From NCBI GenBank assembly GCA_964016885.1, contig OZ024742.1:31806001-31870000 (forward strand): a stretch of DNA of 64,000 nucleotides, read 5' to 3'. Shown here in pieces: positions 13,520 to 27,114 of this stretch. A program made the position numbers and the translations under genes. The first letter of the stretch is position 1, and each line of letters begins with the position of its first letter. The DNA comes from Eledone cirrhosa (lineage: Eukaryota). Below the pieces are notes generated by a model, which saw only the letters and a list, made by a program, of their open reading frames with translations, had not been told where the DNA came from and did not search any database.

Positions 13520-13730
13520 TCCGATTTAGGCACAAGGCCAACAATTTGGGAGGAGGGAAAAATTGATTAAATCGATCCAGTGCATTACTGGTACTTTATT
13601 TTATCAACCCCTGTAAGGATGAAAGGCAAAGCCAACCTTGGTGGGATTTGAAATCAGAATGTAAAGGATCATAACTATATGCCACAAAGCTTGTCCGACA
13701 TTCTACCAATTGCTGTCAATCTACTGCGCT
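13520..13730 (-). mobile_element. tRNA-derived SINE, family B (GCCTTTCATCCTT..GGGGTCGATAAAATAAAGTACCAG core)
   Basis: Core shared with 39060-39270, 59497-59673, 61827-62040 and partial copies at 25833-25925 and 34494-34617. Confidence 0.75.
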
Positions 13731-14160
13731 AATGTTAATATTACCAGTGGGAAAGGCATGAACATCACAACATTTTTGCTCTGTTGTGCCTTTCACAAAA
13801 AGACCTCAATAGTTATTTATGTTGCTGTTGAGATTTTAAGCCCAGGTCAACCCTGATTGAGCAAATCTATGATCAAAGGTGTTCCAGCTATAACCATCCC
13901 AGGGTCGTGGGGGCAGAATCCTTAAACACGCCCTCCAGTGGGTCCTATCAGAAGCTACCATCCCCAATTGATCCAGCAGAATCTCCAAGTGAAACCACCC
14001 GAGCTCATTGATGTTATCCAACCATCTTGCTCAGGCTCTACCACTGGGTCTCCTGTTGGTTGGTTTGCTCATAAAATCTGCCCAGCAGTTCTTTCCTGAG
14101 ACATTTCAGACTTAATTTATCTCAAACTTCTGTACCCAATATATCTGTCTGTTTCTTTAA

Positions 14161-14381
14161 CCCTTTAGCATTTACATTACTCTATATATACTATTGTATT
14201 TTCCTGGTAAAGGCTTTACCTCACATAAATATCTCACATAATATCGAATCTATGATATTTTGATATTATATATTTTGAGAAAAATACCTTAACATCAGTA
14301 TGAGCAGCCAGTTATGGCCAGTTTGAACAGAAAGAGGTGGGAGAATTCTGGCCAGATATGGTCGGTTTAAATGCTAAAGGG
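14161..14381. mobile_element. TTAA-type (piggyBac-like) MITE
   Basis: ttaa|CCCTTTAGCATTTA...TAAATGCTAAAGGG|ttga. Confidence 0.75.
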
Positions 14382-16468
14382 TTGACATTTTCCTTAGCAT
14401 CTAAACTATAATAAAGAAGAAACGCGGGACTGCGTACGGTTTATAATTTTTTATCCCCTTAGTAAAATAAGTTGGATTACTTTGATTAAATAATGAATGA
14501 ATATTACATAATTTATCTAATAAATTTCGTAGCTGTTCATTAAATATATTTTATTACTTATTTAAAGATTCACTTCTTTAAAATTTTCAAATGTCAACAC
14601 TTCCGGTTAGTGATCGTTTAAATAAATATTCATATATTTCTGTCACTAATTTTCTCCTAATGCAGTTTATATATAATATTGTCTATTTTTAATGTATCAT
14701 GGATTACGTTACTGATTACATAAGACAGTGTAACGCAGTCTTCATTCAATTTCTGTGTATATTGTCAATTACGATTTTATTTGATCATATCTACACGCAT
14801 ATATACCGAAGGGTGGTTTTTCTGCTAGTATTTCTAATGAAAGGAACTGCCTATGATATTCAAATAATTTTGAAAATAACCAACAATTTGGTTTGAGAGT
14901 AGTTGTTGAAGGTTGATTATTTAACTATTTTCTGTCTGTGGAGAAAAAGATGTGTGTTTGTGATATAGCAAATATTTGATATGCTGTGAGTGTTCAGGTG
15001 AAAAATCAATATACTTGTATGTCAACGCTTTCTACAGGAGACCTCCTTTATTAATCAGAAACAAGCAATATATATCCCTTTCTTACTTATTTACTTATTG
15101 TTAGAATCATTGATATGGTTTACTAAGTTGATCCATACACTGGCTTTAAACTGGCTGGGTGGTTGGGGGGATGGTTGGGTGGCTGGGTGGTTGGGGGGAT
15201 GGTTCGGTGAATTTGTCGTTGGGTGGATGGTTAGTTGGTTAGATGATTGGATGGCTGACTGGTTGGACGGATGGTAGGATAGTTGATTGGCTGCTTGGTG
15301 GACTGGTTGGTTGGATGGTTCGCTGGTTGGATGAATGAATGGATAGCTGATGGGTGGACTGGTTGAATGGATAGTTGATTGGCTAGTTGGCTAATGGAGT
15401 GGTTAGCTTGGAAGCTGGTTGGGTGGTTGGTTGATTGACTGGCAGGCAAGCTGGTTGATTGGTAAACTGATTGGATGGCTTGTTGGCTAGTTGATTGGTT
15501 GGTAGAATGGATGACTGACTTTCAGAATGGTTGACTGGTTGGACATTCTCTCCTATTGTTGATTTGTCCCAGGTCTGCTGTAATCAAGCAAAACTATGAT
15601 GAAAGACATCCCAACTGTGACCATACTGTCTAATTCCTAATAATGTCTCTGGCATATACCACGGGCAAATAGAGAGGCCTTTAAGTGGTTGCTTGATCTG
15701 TGAAAATAGCAGCCAAGTCTGCCTCAAATCACACCCTACCATCTTTAAAAAGGATAAGACGCATTAGATAATGTAGTCTCTAAATTATTATGTCTGGGGG
15801 AATTAAAATATCTGGATGGTCACGTCCGGAATGTCTTTGATCGATTGGAGCAGAACAGACATGGAACTAAAGAACAACAACCCAGACCCTCCAGTCCCAT
15901 CTCCTCCCCTCTTACTCTTTTCTCATGTCCCAGGTCCCACTCTAAAGTTGTTGGCAGTATGATGGGAGAACCAGAACACCTGGGTTACATCATCATCATC
16001 ATCATATGTCTATTTTCCATGCTTGAATGAGTTAGATGGGTAGTCATGTTATGAGACAAGTCACGTCAGGTGACCATGTTTTGCTCATACAGATCTGTTT
16101 TTGCTTGTTCTCTACCATGTTACAGGGTGAAGTGGGTGCTTTATATCATGGTACTACCACGACTGTGACAGTGTGGACTGTGTGCTTTTTCATTGTGTCA
16201 CCAGCACAACCACCTTACAGGGCAGACTGGGTGCTTTATGTCATGGTACTACTACGATTATGTGACAGGGTGAACTGAGTGTGTATTTTTTTGTTTGTTT
16301 GTTTGTTAGTTTTTTTGTTGTGGCACTAGCATGCCATCTTACACAGTGGACTGGATGCAATATAGAATATTAGTATTAAATATAGACTGTGAAATGGTTG
16401 ACCAATATAGAGGTAAAGACCCCTTGATCACAATATAGAAGAGGACCAATATACTGTACTAGTATTAA

Positions 16469-16676
16469 CACTATAGCATTTAAGCTGGCCATATCCAGCC
16501 AGAATTATCTTAACTTTTCCTATTCAAATCAGCTGTAACTTAACCCTAACCCTGTGTTTTCAAAATAAATAATATCAAAATCTCATAGATTCGATATTAT
16601 GTGAGATATTATGTAAGGTAAAGTGTTTACCATGGAAATCCAATAGTATATACAGAGTAATGTAAATGCTAAAGGG
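16469..16676. mobile_element. TTAA-type MITE, same family, opposite orientation
   Basis: ttaa|cactatagcatt...aatgctaaaggg|ttaa. Confidence 0.7.
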
Positions 16677-17204
16677 TTAAATGAAGACTGTGAAATGGTT
16701 GGCCATTTATAATATGGTTTATATACTTTCACTGTACAGTGGGCCCTGCTTTAGTACTAGCTTGGTCTGTGTTGACCTGTCAAACCCTTTCTTAGCATGG
16801 AAAGTGGATATTAAATGATGATGGTGATGATGATGATGATGCACATAATTTCCAGCTACTATTGATAATTTAATGATTAACCCCTTCACCACACTGTGGA
16901 TTTTATTGAACAGCTGTTGTCATGTGTAGGCCAGAAGATCTGGCTATTGACCAAGTCCATTGTAAAGATCACCATAGCTACCTTCTTTTAACAGGCCAGT
17001 CCCCCCCCCCCCCACCCCCCACCCCCCATCCCAATGTTTAAATCAGAACTTTCAAAATATTTCACATTGATGACACACTTCAAAAAAAAAATTCAATTAT
17101 TTGTGACACATCAGTTGTGTTTTGTTAAAATCACAAAATTAATGAAAAAAATACCCCCCCCCCCTAAATTCCACAATATCATATGTCACCAGTCATGTAC
17201 CTAA

Positions 17205-17520
17205 TTCTTTTACTGGTTTCAGTCATTAGACTGTGGCCATGCTAGGGCACCACCTTTTATTGGTTCCAGTCATTAGACTGTGGCCATGCTGGGACACCAT
17301 CTTTTATTGGTTTCAGTCATTAGGCTGTGGCCATGCTGGGGCACCACCTTTTCTTGGTTTCAGTCATTAGACTGTGGCCATGCTGGAACACCATCTTTTA
17401 TTGGTGTCAGTCATTAGACTGTGGCCTTGCTGGGGCACCACATTTTACTGGTTTCAGTCCCTAGACGGTGACCACATTGACCATATATGGAGCACTATTC
17501 TTTCACTGGTTTCAGTCTTG
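17205..17520. repeat. About 47-bp tandem repeat, about 6 copies
   Basis: ttttattggtttcagtcattagactgtggccatgctggggcaccacc. Confidence 0.85.
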
Positions 17521-18356
17521 CTGGAATTTGAAATGTTGACCATTAGATTTATACATTATCACTAAAGTATTTATTTTTATTTATGAGTGATGTATGTTGT
17601 CTGTGTTTCAAATATGGCTTCTAGCATTAATTATCAGTTATTTGGGTGGGGAATTCTGTAGAGTATAGATATGTTGTCTGCTAAAGTTTTCCTATCTCAT
17701 GCATTGTAATAGTTTTTTGTAGTTGGTGACTGCTGAGTGGGCGAGATAGTGTTGTACTTGTATAGCCAATAAAACATTTCTAGTCACGATGTTTACATGT
17801 ATGTAATCAAATGTATATATTATCTTTGTCTTTAGAAATTTGTTTGTGGGTTTACATTCTTGTGGTTTAGTGTGAATAAGGTTTTCAGTTTGATTGTTAT
17901 CCTAGTAAACTCTTATTGTTAGTTTACTGTTTTGTGTTTCATTTTACAAGGGTTTTCATAATCTCATCATCTATTCTATAATTAGTATGCATATATAATA
18001 CAGATTATGTGTAGTTTGTGTATATTTGAGAGGTAATGAACCTGCTCCAAAACTTTTACTATGGGAGTCCACTGATGTGAAATACAAACACAGTAGACCT
18101 CTCAAGATATTAAAGATAGTCATTGAGGAAAATACAAAATTATTTGGTGAAGAACTGAGGCAGTCATTGCTGGATCATGTGAGAGGGAAAGGTTTTATGT
18201 TACCATGGGTGGAAATATATGTCTGTGCATATATATTTATATATGCACACACACATATTCCCACCCATGGTGACATGATAAAACATTTCCCTCTCACGTG
18301 ATCCAGCATTAACTGCCCCAGTTCTTCAAATAATTTTGTATCTTCCTCAATGCCTC

Positions 18357-18399
<43 letters not shown>

Positions 18400-18434
18400 T
18401 TATAATAATCAAAGAACTGTTCAAAACATTTTTA

Positions 18435-18481
18435 TGCTTACAACTGTTTCCTCCAAACCGAGGTTTGGATTCTTCGGAGCA
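18435..18481 (-). ncRNA. Type I hammerhead ribozyme motif, CCGAAGA core variant
   Basis: Reverse complement of 19273-19319, in the left arm of a 280-bp inverted repeat. Confidence 0.6.
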
Positions 18482-19272
18482 ATTTATTATTGAATGAACA
18501 CTTATATGACCTCCTTTTCACCCAAGAGACATACAGATACATATGCAAATATTGTGGGTCAACATTCATTATAACATTTAGAGTGGCAGTACGCATTTAG
18601 AGATTACATTCATATTAAAAGATACAATAAAAAATACAGGTTAAAATACAACATGAAATTAAGCGGTTATATAGTAATTCGATGTCGATTCTCGCAACGT
18701 AACATCCTCCTGTATTGAGCCAAAGAACATCAGAATACAATTCTCTAACTGGATTGTCAAACGCCCAATATCGAATCGTCGTGGATTATGTGAGGGGCAT
18801 ATAATCTGAAAAATACGCTCCCCAGACTATGAAAATGTTGCAGTGCATGAAATCCATATCATCGCTTCGCTACGCATTTCCAATATTTTTAATGCTTACA
18901 CTATTTTTAATACTTATATTATTTCTCCACACACAGACTATAACAATCATATAAAGAATTCATCACCAGATCAACAACCTTAACACTCGATTACCTGCTT
19001 AAGTGCTTCTACTACACGTAACTCTCTGCCACACTATATAAACAAGACGCACATACTTGCCACACATATAACCTTTGCACTATATAACCGCTTAATTTCA
19101 TGTTGTATTTTAACCTGTATTTTTGATTGTATCTTTTAATATGAATGTAATCTCTAAGTGTGTACTGCCACTCTAAATGTTATAATGAATGTTGACCCAC
19201 AATATTTGCATATGTATCTGTATGTCTCTTGGGTGAAAAGGAGGTCATATAAGTGTTCATTCAATAATAAAT

Positions 19273-19319
19273 TGCTCCGAAGAATCCAAACCTCGGTTTG
19301 GAGGAAACAGTTGTAAGCA
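19273..19319 (+). ncRNA. Type I hammerhead ribozyme motif, CCGAAGA core variant
   Basis: tgct-CCGAAGA-a-tccaaacc-tc-ggtttgga-g-GAAAC-agtt-GTA-agca. Confidence 0.6.
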
Positions 19320-19593
19320 TAAAAATGTTTTGAACAATTCTTTGATTATTATAATTCATATAACTGCTCTGTAAATCATCTGATATTTTTACATTGAGCT
19401 ATTTAACTTACTGGTAATAAGGTAGTAATATATTACTGCCTACCACTATTTAGGGTTTATAAAAATATATATAACTGCAAAAGGTTTTTGTATTTGCATA
19501 ACCATAAATAGTATAATTAATACTATATATATATATATATATATATATTAGTCCAACCCATGCAAGCATGGAAAAACGGACATAAAAACGATG

Positions 19594-19631
<38 letters not shown>

Positions 19632-20322
19632 AACCACAAAGCCTCCATCTCAATAATACTTTTGAAAAGCATAAGAACTGTGAAACTGTAAAGGAAATAA
19701 ATAAATATTCTTAAAAAGACTCCAGTTGCATTTTTGATTTCTTTTCCTTATACTTTCACCCATGTAGGACATCTGTTTTTTTAATTTAAAAAAAACTCAT
19801 TTCTTATAAATATATATATATATGGTTATTGTCTTCAACACATAAATGTTGTGTTTTAACTTTTACTTTTTACCTATGCGTGTGTGTGTGTGTGTATATA
19901 TATACACTTTGTGAAACATAGCCTTGTTAAGTCACATTTACCTTGTCTTAGTCAGATATCCTGAAAATGAGTCAAGGTTTAAAGGTGAGGCATGACCCTG
20001 ATGTACACTTATATACCCCCACACACATATAAATATACATGTATATATATAACTGACCAAGATGTGTGCATGTATATACAGCTTGGTGTGTGTGTGTATA
20101 TGTCTATAAGAGACCACTTTAACTTGAGAAATTTGTCAAGACAGTCAATAGAGGAACGAACTACTTCACTGTGGTTATATTTTAACAGAAGGAGGTCAGT
20201 CAAGTTGGCTAAGTTGACTATGTAGGGGGTTGGTGGAGGTGGAAAATAGGGCTTATGGTGGCGACAGGAGTAAAATAGGAGCACACACACACATATATAC
20301 ATGTAAATACATACACACACAG

Positions 20323-20412
<90 letters not shown>

Positions 20413-20608
20413 ACCTATATATATATATATATATAGTCTGGTACTAGCTGTTGAAACAGCAAGAGCTCAGCCGTTGGGGTCCCGACTCTTTATAATATAA
20501 CCACACTCTAATACCCCAAGTATCGAGTTCTCTGTTGAGTAATGGTTTAACCAGTTTCAAACTGAATCCATCCTGATATATATATATAGGTCAGTTATAT
20601 ATATATAT

Positions 20609-20950
20609 GGAGGCACATGACTTAGTGGTTAGAGCATTGGCCTTGCAATCGAAAGGTTGTGAGTTCAATTCTCAGACCGGGTGATGTGTTGTTTCCTTGA
20701 GCAAAACACTTTATTTTACATTGCTCCAGTTTACTCAGCTGTAGAAATGAGATGATAGGGACTGGGGTCCCTATCATTCCACTGCAAAGTGGTCGTGCAG
20801 GTGCCACGGCAAAAAAGCACCCAGCACTCACTGTAAATGAGGTTAGTGTTAGGAAGGGCATCCAGCTGTAGAAATCAAGCCAGAATCAGTTCCCGTCCCA
20901 CCCTTGCAAGCAGGGAAAAAAAGACGTAAAATGAAATGATGATGATGATA
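20609..20950 (+). mobile_element. tRNA-derived SINE, family A
   Basis: Full-length copy with (TGA)n tail. Confidence 0.88.
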
Positions 20951-20994
20951 TATATGTATATATGCACACACACAGAATATGAGAACAAACCTTT

Positions 20995-21037
20995 AATATT
21001 TGATGAGGTAGACATACCAATTGAAACTAGTAATATT
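20995..21037 (+). ncRNA. Degenerate minimal hammerhead motif (TTGATGA core)
   Basis: aatat-TTGATGA-ggta-gaca-tacc-aatt-GAAAC-ta-GTA-atatt. Confidence 0.5.
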
Positions 21038-21318
21038 TGACCAAACTTTCTATTTAATGCAACAATTATAAAAATATTTATTCTGTCGGATTAAAGAAAA
21101 ACATGATCTTTAAATATATCTCTGTGCCTTTACACTTTTACTTTTTAACAAACTCACACACAAGTATATGTGTATATATACACACATATGTATATGTGTA
21201 TATATACACACATATGTATATGGGTGTATTATACACACACACACACATATGTATGCATGTATTCCCACCCATGCCAGGATGGAACACATGTAAAGCAGTG
21301 ATAATGATGATGTTATAT

Positions 21319-21410
<92 letters not shown>

Positions 21411-21665
21411 CTCTGTATGGTCCCGTAAATCCCAAGTAGTCATAGGTGTTATATTGACATACAGCGTTACTAGGGTATTGTTTTAAACATGGCAGAACCC
21501 ATCTCTTCACCAGGTCTGATCACAGCAGATTTCTTCTGGAGAAGGCTAGAGAGTGAGAGATATAGAGGAAGAATCGACCCCAGTATGTGACTGGTACTTG
21601 TTTTATCAATCTTGAATGGATGAAAGACAAAGTTGGCACACACACCTATATATATATATATACAT

Positions 21666-21968
21666 GCAATCAAAAGGTTGTGAGTTCAATTCTCAGACCG
21701 GGTGATGTGTTGTTTCCTTGAGCAAGACACTTTATTTCACATTGCTCCAGTTTACTCAGCTGTAGAAATGAGATGATAGGGGCTGGGGTCCCTATCATTC
21801 CACTGCAAAGTGGTTGTGGAGGTGCCACAGCAAAAAAGCACCCAGCACTCACTGTAAATGAGGTTGGTGTTAGGAAGGGCATCCAGCTGTAGAAATCAAG
21901 CCAGAATTAGTTCCCGTCCCACCCTTGCAAGCAGGGAAAAGAGGACGTAAAATGAAAATGAAATGAAA
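21666..21968 (+). mobile_element. SINE family A, 5'-truncated
   Basis: Starts at gcaatcaaaaggttgtgagttc. Confidence 0.85.
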
Positions 21969-23493
21969 TATGTAATGAGGAGTGTTCTTTATTTCAGTCA
22001 TTGCTTCATTTACCTGGCAGGTGAGGGAAGTACATTAACTGCCCCTGTTTCATAGTTGAGTAGTTAACAATTTAAAAAGGAGCAGGGGCGGGAGTGTCAT
22101 AACTGTCAATTCAATAAGTGCACTTCCTCCCACAATCCGTATGCAAATAGTCATATTTACATGCACACAAATGTCTCATAAAAAATAAAATCTCATGGAA
22201 ATCCCAGCAGAAGTTAACCCCTATATATTCTACATTACTACCAACATATCCCCATCCCTTCACCCACATCCAACATGCTCCCACCCCTATATTCTACATT
22301 ACTACCAACATATCCCCATCCCTTCACCCACATCCAACCAGCTCCCGCCCCTATATGTCTGCAACACTACCATCATGTCTCCACACTCAACAAGCTCCCA
22401 CCCTTATATGTCTTTATTACTAGCATCGTTTCCCCCACCCCTTCACGCACACTCAACAAGCTCCCACCCCTATATTCTACATTACTACCATCATATCCCC
22501 ACCCCTTCACCCACATCCAACATGCTCCCACCCCTATATTCTACATTACTACCATCATATCCCCACCCCTTCACCCACATCCAACATGCTTCCACCCCTA
22601 TATTTTTTTCATTCATCATCATCATTGTCATTATAATGTCCTCTTTCTCTGTAATCAAGGGTTGGGTGAGTCTACGTAGACCAAGTCAGTACTAAAGGGG
22701 GGGGGGGACTACTGACAAGCCAGGGATCTGTTGTATTGTTATGTACAGTCACATGTTCTACCAAGTGCACAGAAGAGGTTGTCATGTCCTTGACTCAACT
22801 GAAGGATCCTTCCAACCCTTTGTTTGGCAAGCTTTCTACAGCTGGTTGCCTTTCCTCTCACTAACCACTTTACAGCCTGTACTGGGTGTTTTTATTATGT
22901 AGATCACCAACACTAGGGAGGTTGCCATGTCCTTGACTTATTCCTGACATTTTATCCTGTCACCCACATACAACATACCCCACCCTATTTTTACTGAAAA
23001 TAAAAAGCAAGTAAAGCAAACATGACAAAAACTGGAACAAGTTAGATGTGGGGGAGAATTGAAATGATGCACCCAGCTTGTGTCACAAAACATGCACCCA
23101 GTATACACTGTAAAGTAGTAATGTTAGTGTCAGAACAGTGTAACCAGGCAGTGCTTGTGTCACAAAACATGCACCCAGTGCACCCTGTAAAATGGTTAGT
23201 GTTAGTGCCATGACAAAGTGCAACCATGTAGTGTTGGTGTCACAAAACATGCACCCAGTACACCCTGTAAAGTGGTTGGTGTTAGTGCCACAGCAAAGTT
23301 TACCCAGGTAGTGCTGGTGGCACAAAAATGCACCCAGTACATAACAAGCAAGATGTGTTGCCTGAGACTGTGATAACTTGTCCAACCCATTCCAGCATGG
23401 AAAGTGGCCATAAAATGATAATGAGGATGGTGGTGGTGGTGGTGGTAATGATGATAACAATGGTGATAGTAATGATGATGGTGACAATACGTG

Positions 23494-23524
<31 letters not shown>

Positions 23525-24272
23525 TCATATACATATATATATATATATATATATAGGAACGAGTAGGACCCCGACGGCTGAGCTCAAGCCGTTTCGACGG
23601 CTAATTCTGGACTAAAATCATCCAGAATTAGCCGTCGAAACGGCTTGAGCTCAGCCGTCGGGGTCCTACTCGTTCCTATTACCCACTCTACTACCCTATG
23701 TATTGAGTACTTTGGTGCGTTATGCTCCACCTGGTTCCTTACCACATTTCCTTCGTTATATATATATATATAAAAAATAATGAAACGAAATTTCATTTCT
23801 CACTCTTAGTGTGGCTGATACTTAAATGTAAGTATGTATGTATACGTACATACATATATGTATACAGACGTACATACATATATGTATACAGACGTACAGT
23901 AGTATGTATATTTATACATACATGCACACATATATATATATGTACGTTTCGGTTTACCGAACATTTATTATAATGTTCGGTTTGTTTGTTTGTAAACAAA
24001 CAAACAAACAAACAGCCCGAATTATGTCGTACAGTGTTCAGGCAACCATCGTCGCCCTTTTGTTCAACACTGACGCACAAAGTATCTGACACATTTAAGT
24101 ACCAGCCGTACTAAGAGTGAGAAATGAAATTTCGTTTCATTCTTTTCCATTTATCGTTTTCAGTGCTTCTGGCCAACTAACTCACTCGAAATGCAAATTA
24201 AGCTGCTCAGCCGTAAATATGCATAAGGAAAGTATATACTTTCAGACGTTCAATCATCTGGCAGAAAGGTAT

Positions 24273-24315
24273 ACGATGCTGACGATAGCTAATAAGCTTG
24301 AAACTAGTATATCGT
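24273..24315 (+). ncRNA. Minimal type I hammerhead ribozyme
   Basis: acgatg-CTGACGA-t-agct-aata-agct-t-GAAAC-ta-GTA-tatcgt. Palindromic ACTAGT stem III, typical of minimal dimerising Penelope/retrozyme hammerheads. Confidence 0.78.
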
Positions 24316-24512
24316 TCCTGTGTCAGTGTTGAACAAAAGGGCGACGATGGTTGCCTGAACACTGTACAGCGTAATTCGGGCTGTTTGTTTGTTTACAAAC
24401 AAACAAACCGAACATTATAATAAATGTTTGGTAAACCGATACGTACATATATGTATGTACGTATACATACATACTTACATTTATATATATATATATATTC
24501 ATATACATATAT

Positions 24513-24854
24513 GGAGGCACATGGCTTAGTGGTTAGAGCATTGGCCTTGCAATCGAAAGGTTGTGAGTTCAATTCTCAGACTGGGTGATGTGTTTCCTTG
24601 AGCAAGACACTTTATTTCACATTGCTCCAGTTTACTCAGCTGTAGAAATGAGATGATAGGGACTAGGGTCCATATCATTCCACTGCAAAGTGGTCGTGCA
24701 GGTACCACGGCAAAAAAGCACCCAGCACTCACTGTAAATGAGGTTGGTGTTAGGAAGGGCATCCAGCTGTAGAAATCAAGCCAGAATCAGTTCCCGTCCC
24801 ACCCTTGCAAGCAGGGAAAAGCGGACGTAAAATGAAATGATGATGAAATGATGA
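24513..24854 (+). mobile_element. tRNA-derived SINE, family A
   Basis: Full-length copy. Confidence 0.88.
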
Positions 24855-27114
24855 TATAATATACAAGAATGTGTTTACAACCTCATTTCCCTGTATTGTT
24901 TGTGGATAGATAGATGTGTGTGTGTTTGATATATTAAATTTTTGTGCGAGTTTTTAACAAAAAAGTCAACTTTCCTTCCTTGTCTAAGTATGAAATAGGT
25001 GACACAATTGTAGCCAACCTGTCACATCTGCTGACTCAGATATAGACTGAAGAGAAGACAAAATCAATTAATAGAGAAGATAGAATATAGTAGCAGAATA
25101 ACAACAACAGCAGAGGGTAGAGCTTCTGATTGAGGAAGTTGGTGGGGTGGTGGTGCTGGTTGTAGTGTTGCTGGTAGTGGTGGTGATGGTGGTGGAGGGG
25201 GTTACTGGTAATAGGAATGGTTGGAACCACCAACCACTTTACAGGATGTACTGGGTGCATTTGTCATGGCACCAGCACCAAAGAAGTTGTACTCTGATTG
25301 AAGGCTCATGTCAGCCCTATTTCACATGGTTTCTATGGCGGGAAGCCTTTCCTAACACCACCCACTGTAACAAAGGTTAGGAGGACCCTGGTGTTGGTGA
25401 TCTACCCTATAAATGCACCCAGTACACGCTGTAAAGTAGTTGGTTGAAGGAAGAGTATCCAGTCATAGAAAGGTTGCCAAACAAAGAGTTGGGAGGACTC
25501 TTCAGTTGTGTCAAAGATATGACAATCTCTTTTTGTGCACTCAGTAAAATGAGACCACATGTAAACGAGATACAGACCCCCTTGCCTGGCCTGTCTGGGA
25601 GGTCAGTAGCCTCACCTCAGTACTGACTTAGTCTATGTAGAACCATCCAACTCTTGCTAGCTGATGTTAAAATGACAATGATGATATATACTATCTGCTA
25701 AATTGTACTATGTACCCATATTTTACTTGTAGACATTTTTTATATTTTTAGGTGTTTTACAAAAATATTTTTCTTTTGTATCTAAATCAATTTATATTGA
25801 TTTGTGAATTTTATATCGAATGATTTATACTATAGGCACAAGGCCAGAAATTTGGTGGGAGGGGATAGTCGATTAAATCAACCCCAGTGCATTACTGGTA
25901 CTTTATTTTATCACCCCGAAAGGAAGAAAAGCATAATATTCAATTTGTTTGCAAACAAACAGCCTCATTATGATATGTTTTTTAGATGACCATTTTGTTC
26001 TAGAGGTGACAGAGAAATAATTGACAATATTGTTTCTGGGTTATTGCCCTTTGTCAAGATTGTGTATCTCTCTTCATTTACGTATCCACTATGTTAGAGC
26101 AAAAAAACAAATTCTAATTTTATTTTTAATTTATATTGGATATATATATGTACTTTTGTAAGACAGCTACACATAATGTTTTACACACTCACTCACTCAC
26201 TCACTCACTCACTCTAGCTCTCTCTCTCTCACTCACTCACTCACTCTAGCTCTCTCACTCACTCACTCACTCACTCTAGCTCTCTCACTCACTCACTCAC
26301 TCTAGCTCTCTCTCTCTCTCACACACACACACAAACACACTTTTGTAACAACTCAATGTCTTTCATATATCAGTGACTGTAATTATGCTACAAAAATACC
26401 TGCTAATTAATACTACATTCCCACACCTACCTCCACCACCACACCACCAACAACGACACTCCACCACCAACACCAAAGCTACCACCCCCCACTATCAACA
26501 CCACCACACCACCACTGATTTCCTACATTAATTTATTTTGTTTTGTCTCTCTAATGTTTTATAAAAATATTCTTCCACTGACCTACTTGAGATAGGAAAT
26601 AGTAGACCTTCAAACATATGTTAGTATGGTGGGGGGGTGAGTGGTGGACAGTGGGGGGGGGGTGAATGATGGGACAGTGGAGGAGAGGTGAATGGTGGGA
26701 CAGTATTGGGGGTGAATGGTGGGACAGTGTTGGGGGTGAATGGCAGGGAGGGGGGACAATGTGGTGGGTTCAATAGGGTGTATGGAGTGGGACAGTCCAC
26801 CCCCCTCCCCCGTGGTGATGTGGGAGTGAATTATAGGACAGTGGGGTGAGTATGTTAGTGGTGCGGTGTGGGGGGTATATTGTGAAACAGAGTTTGGTGT
26901 GGTGGTTATTCTGATGGATCCATGTCACAACTGGAATAGATATACAAGACATTTTACCTGAGGCTCTACCTGTCTTGGGCTAATTACTATATTTGTATGT
27001 GTGTGTTTCTGTTTATGTGGTTGTTTGTATGTGTGTGTTTCTGTTTATGTATGTATATGTATATATGTATGTTTCTGTATATGCTTCTGTTTGTGTGTGT
27101 TTGTGACTCTATAT

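Noticed and set aside
16540-16553. Telomeric (TAACCC)2
   Set aside because: Only two units, inside a MITE.
18676-19078. Possible coding remnant in the inverted-repeat spacer
   Set aside because: No recognisable motif in the frames I read; multiple stop codons.
20609-20685. tRNA gene
   Set aside because: A and B boxes are present but there is no acceptor stem or terminator, and the sequence continues into a SINE body.
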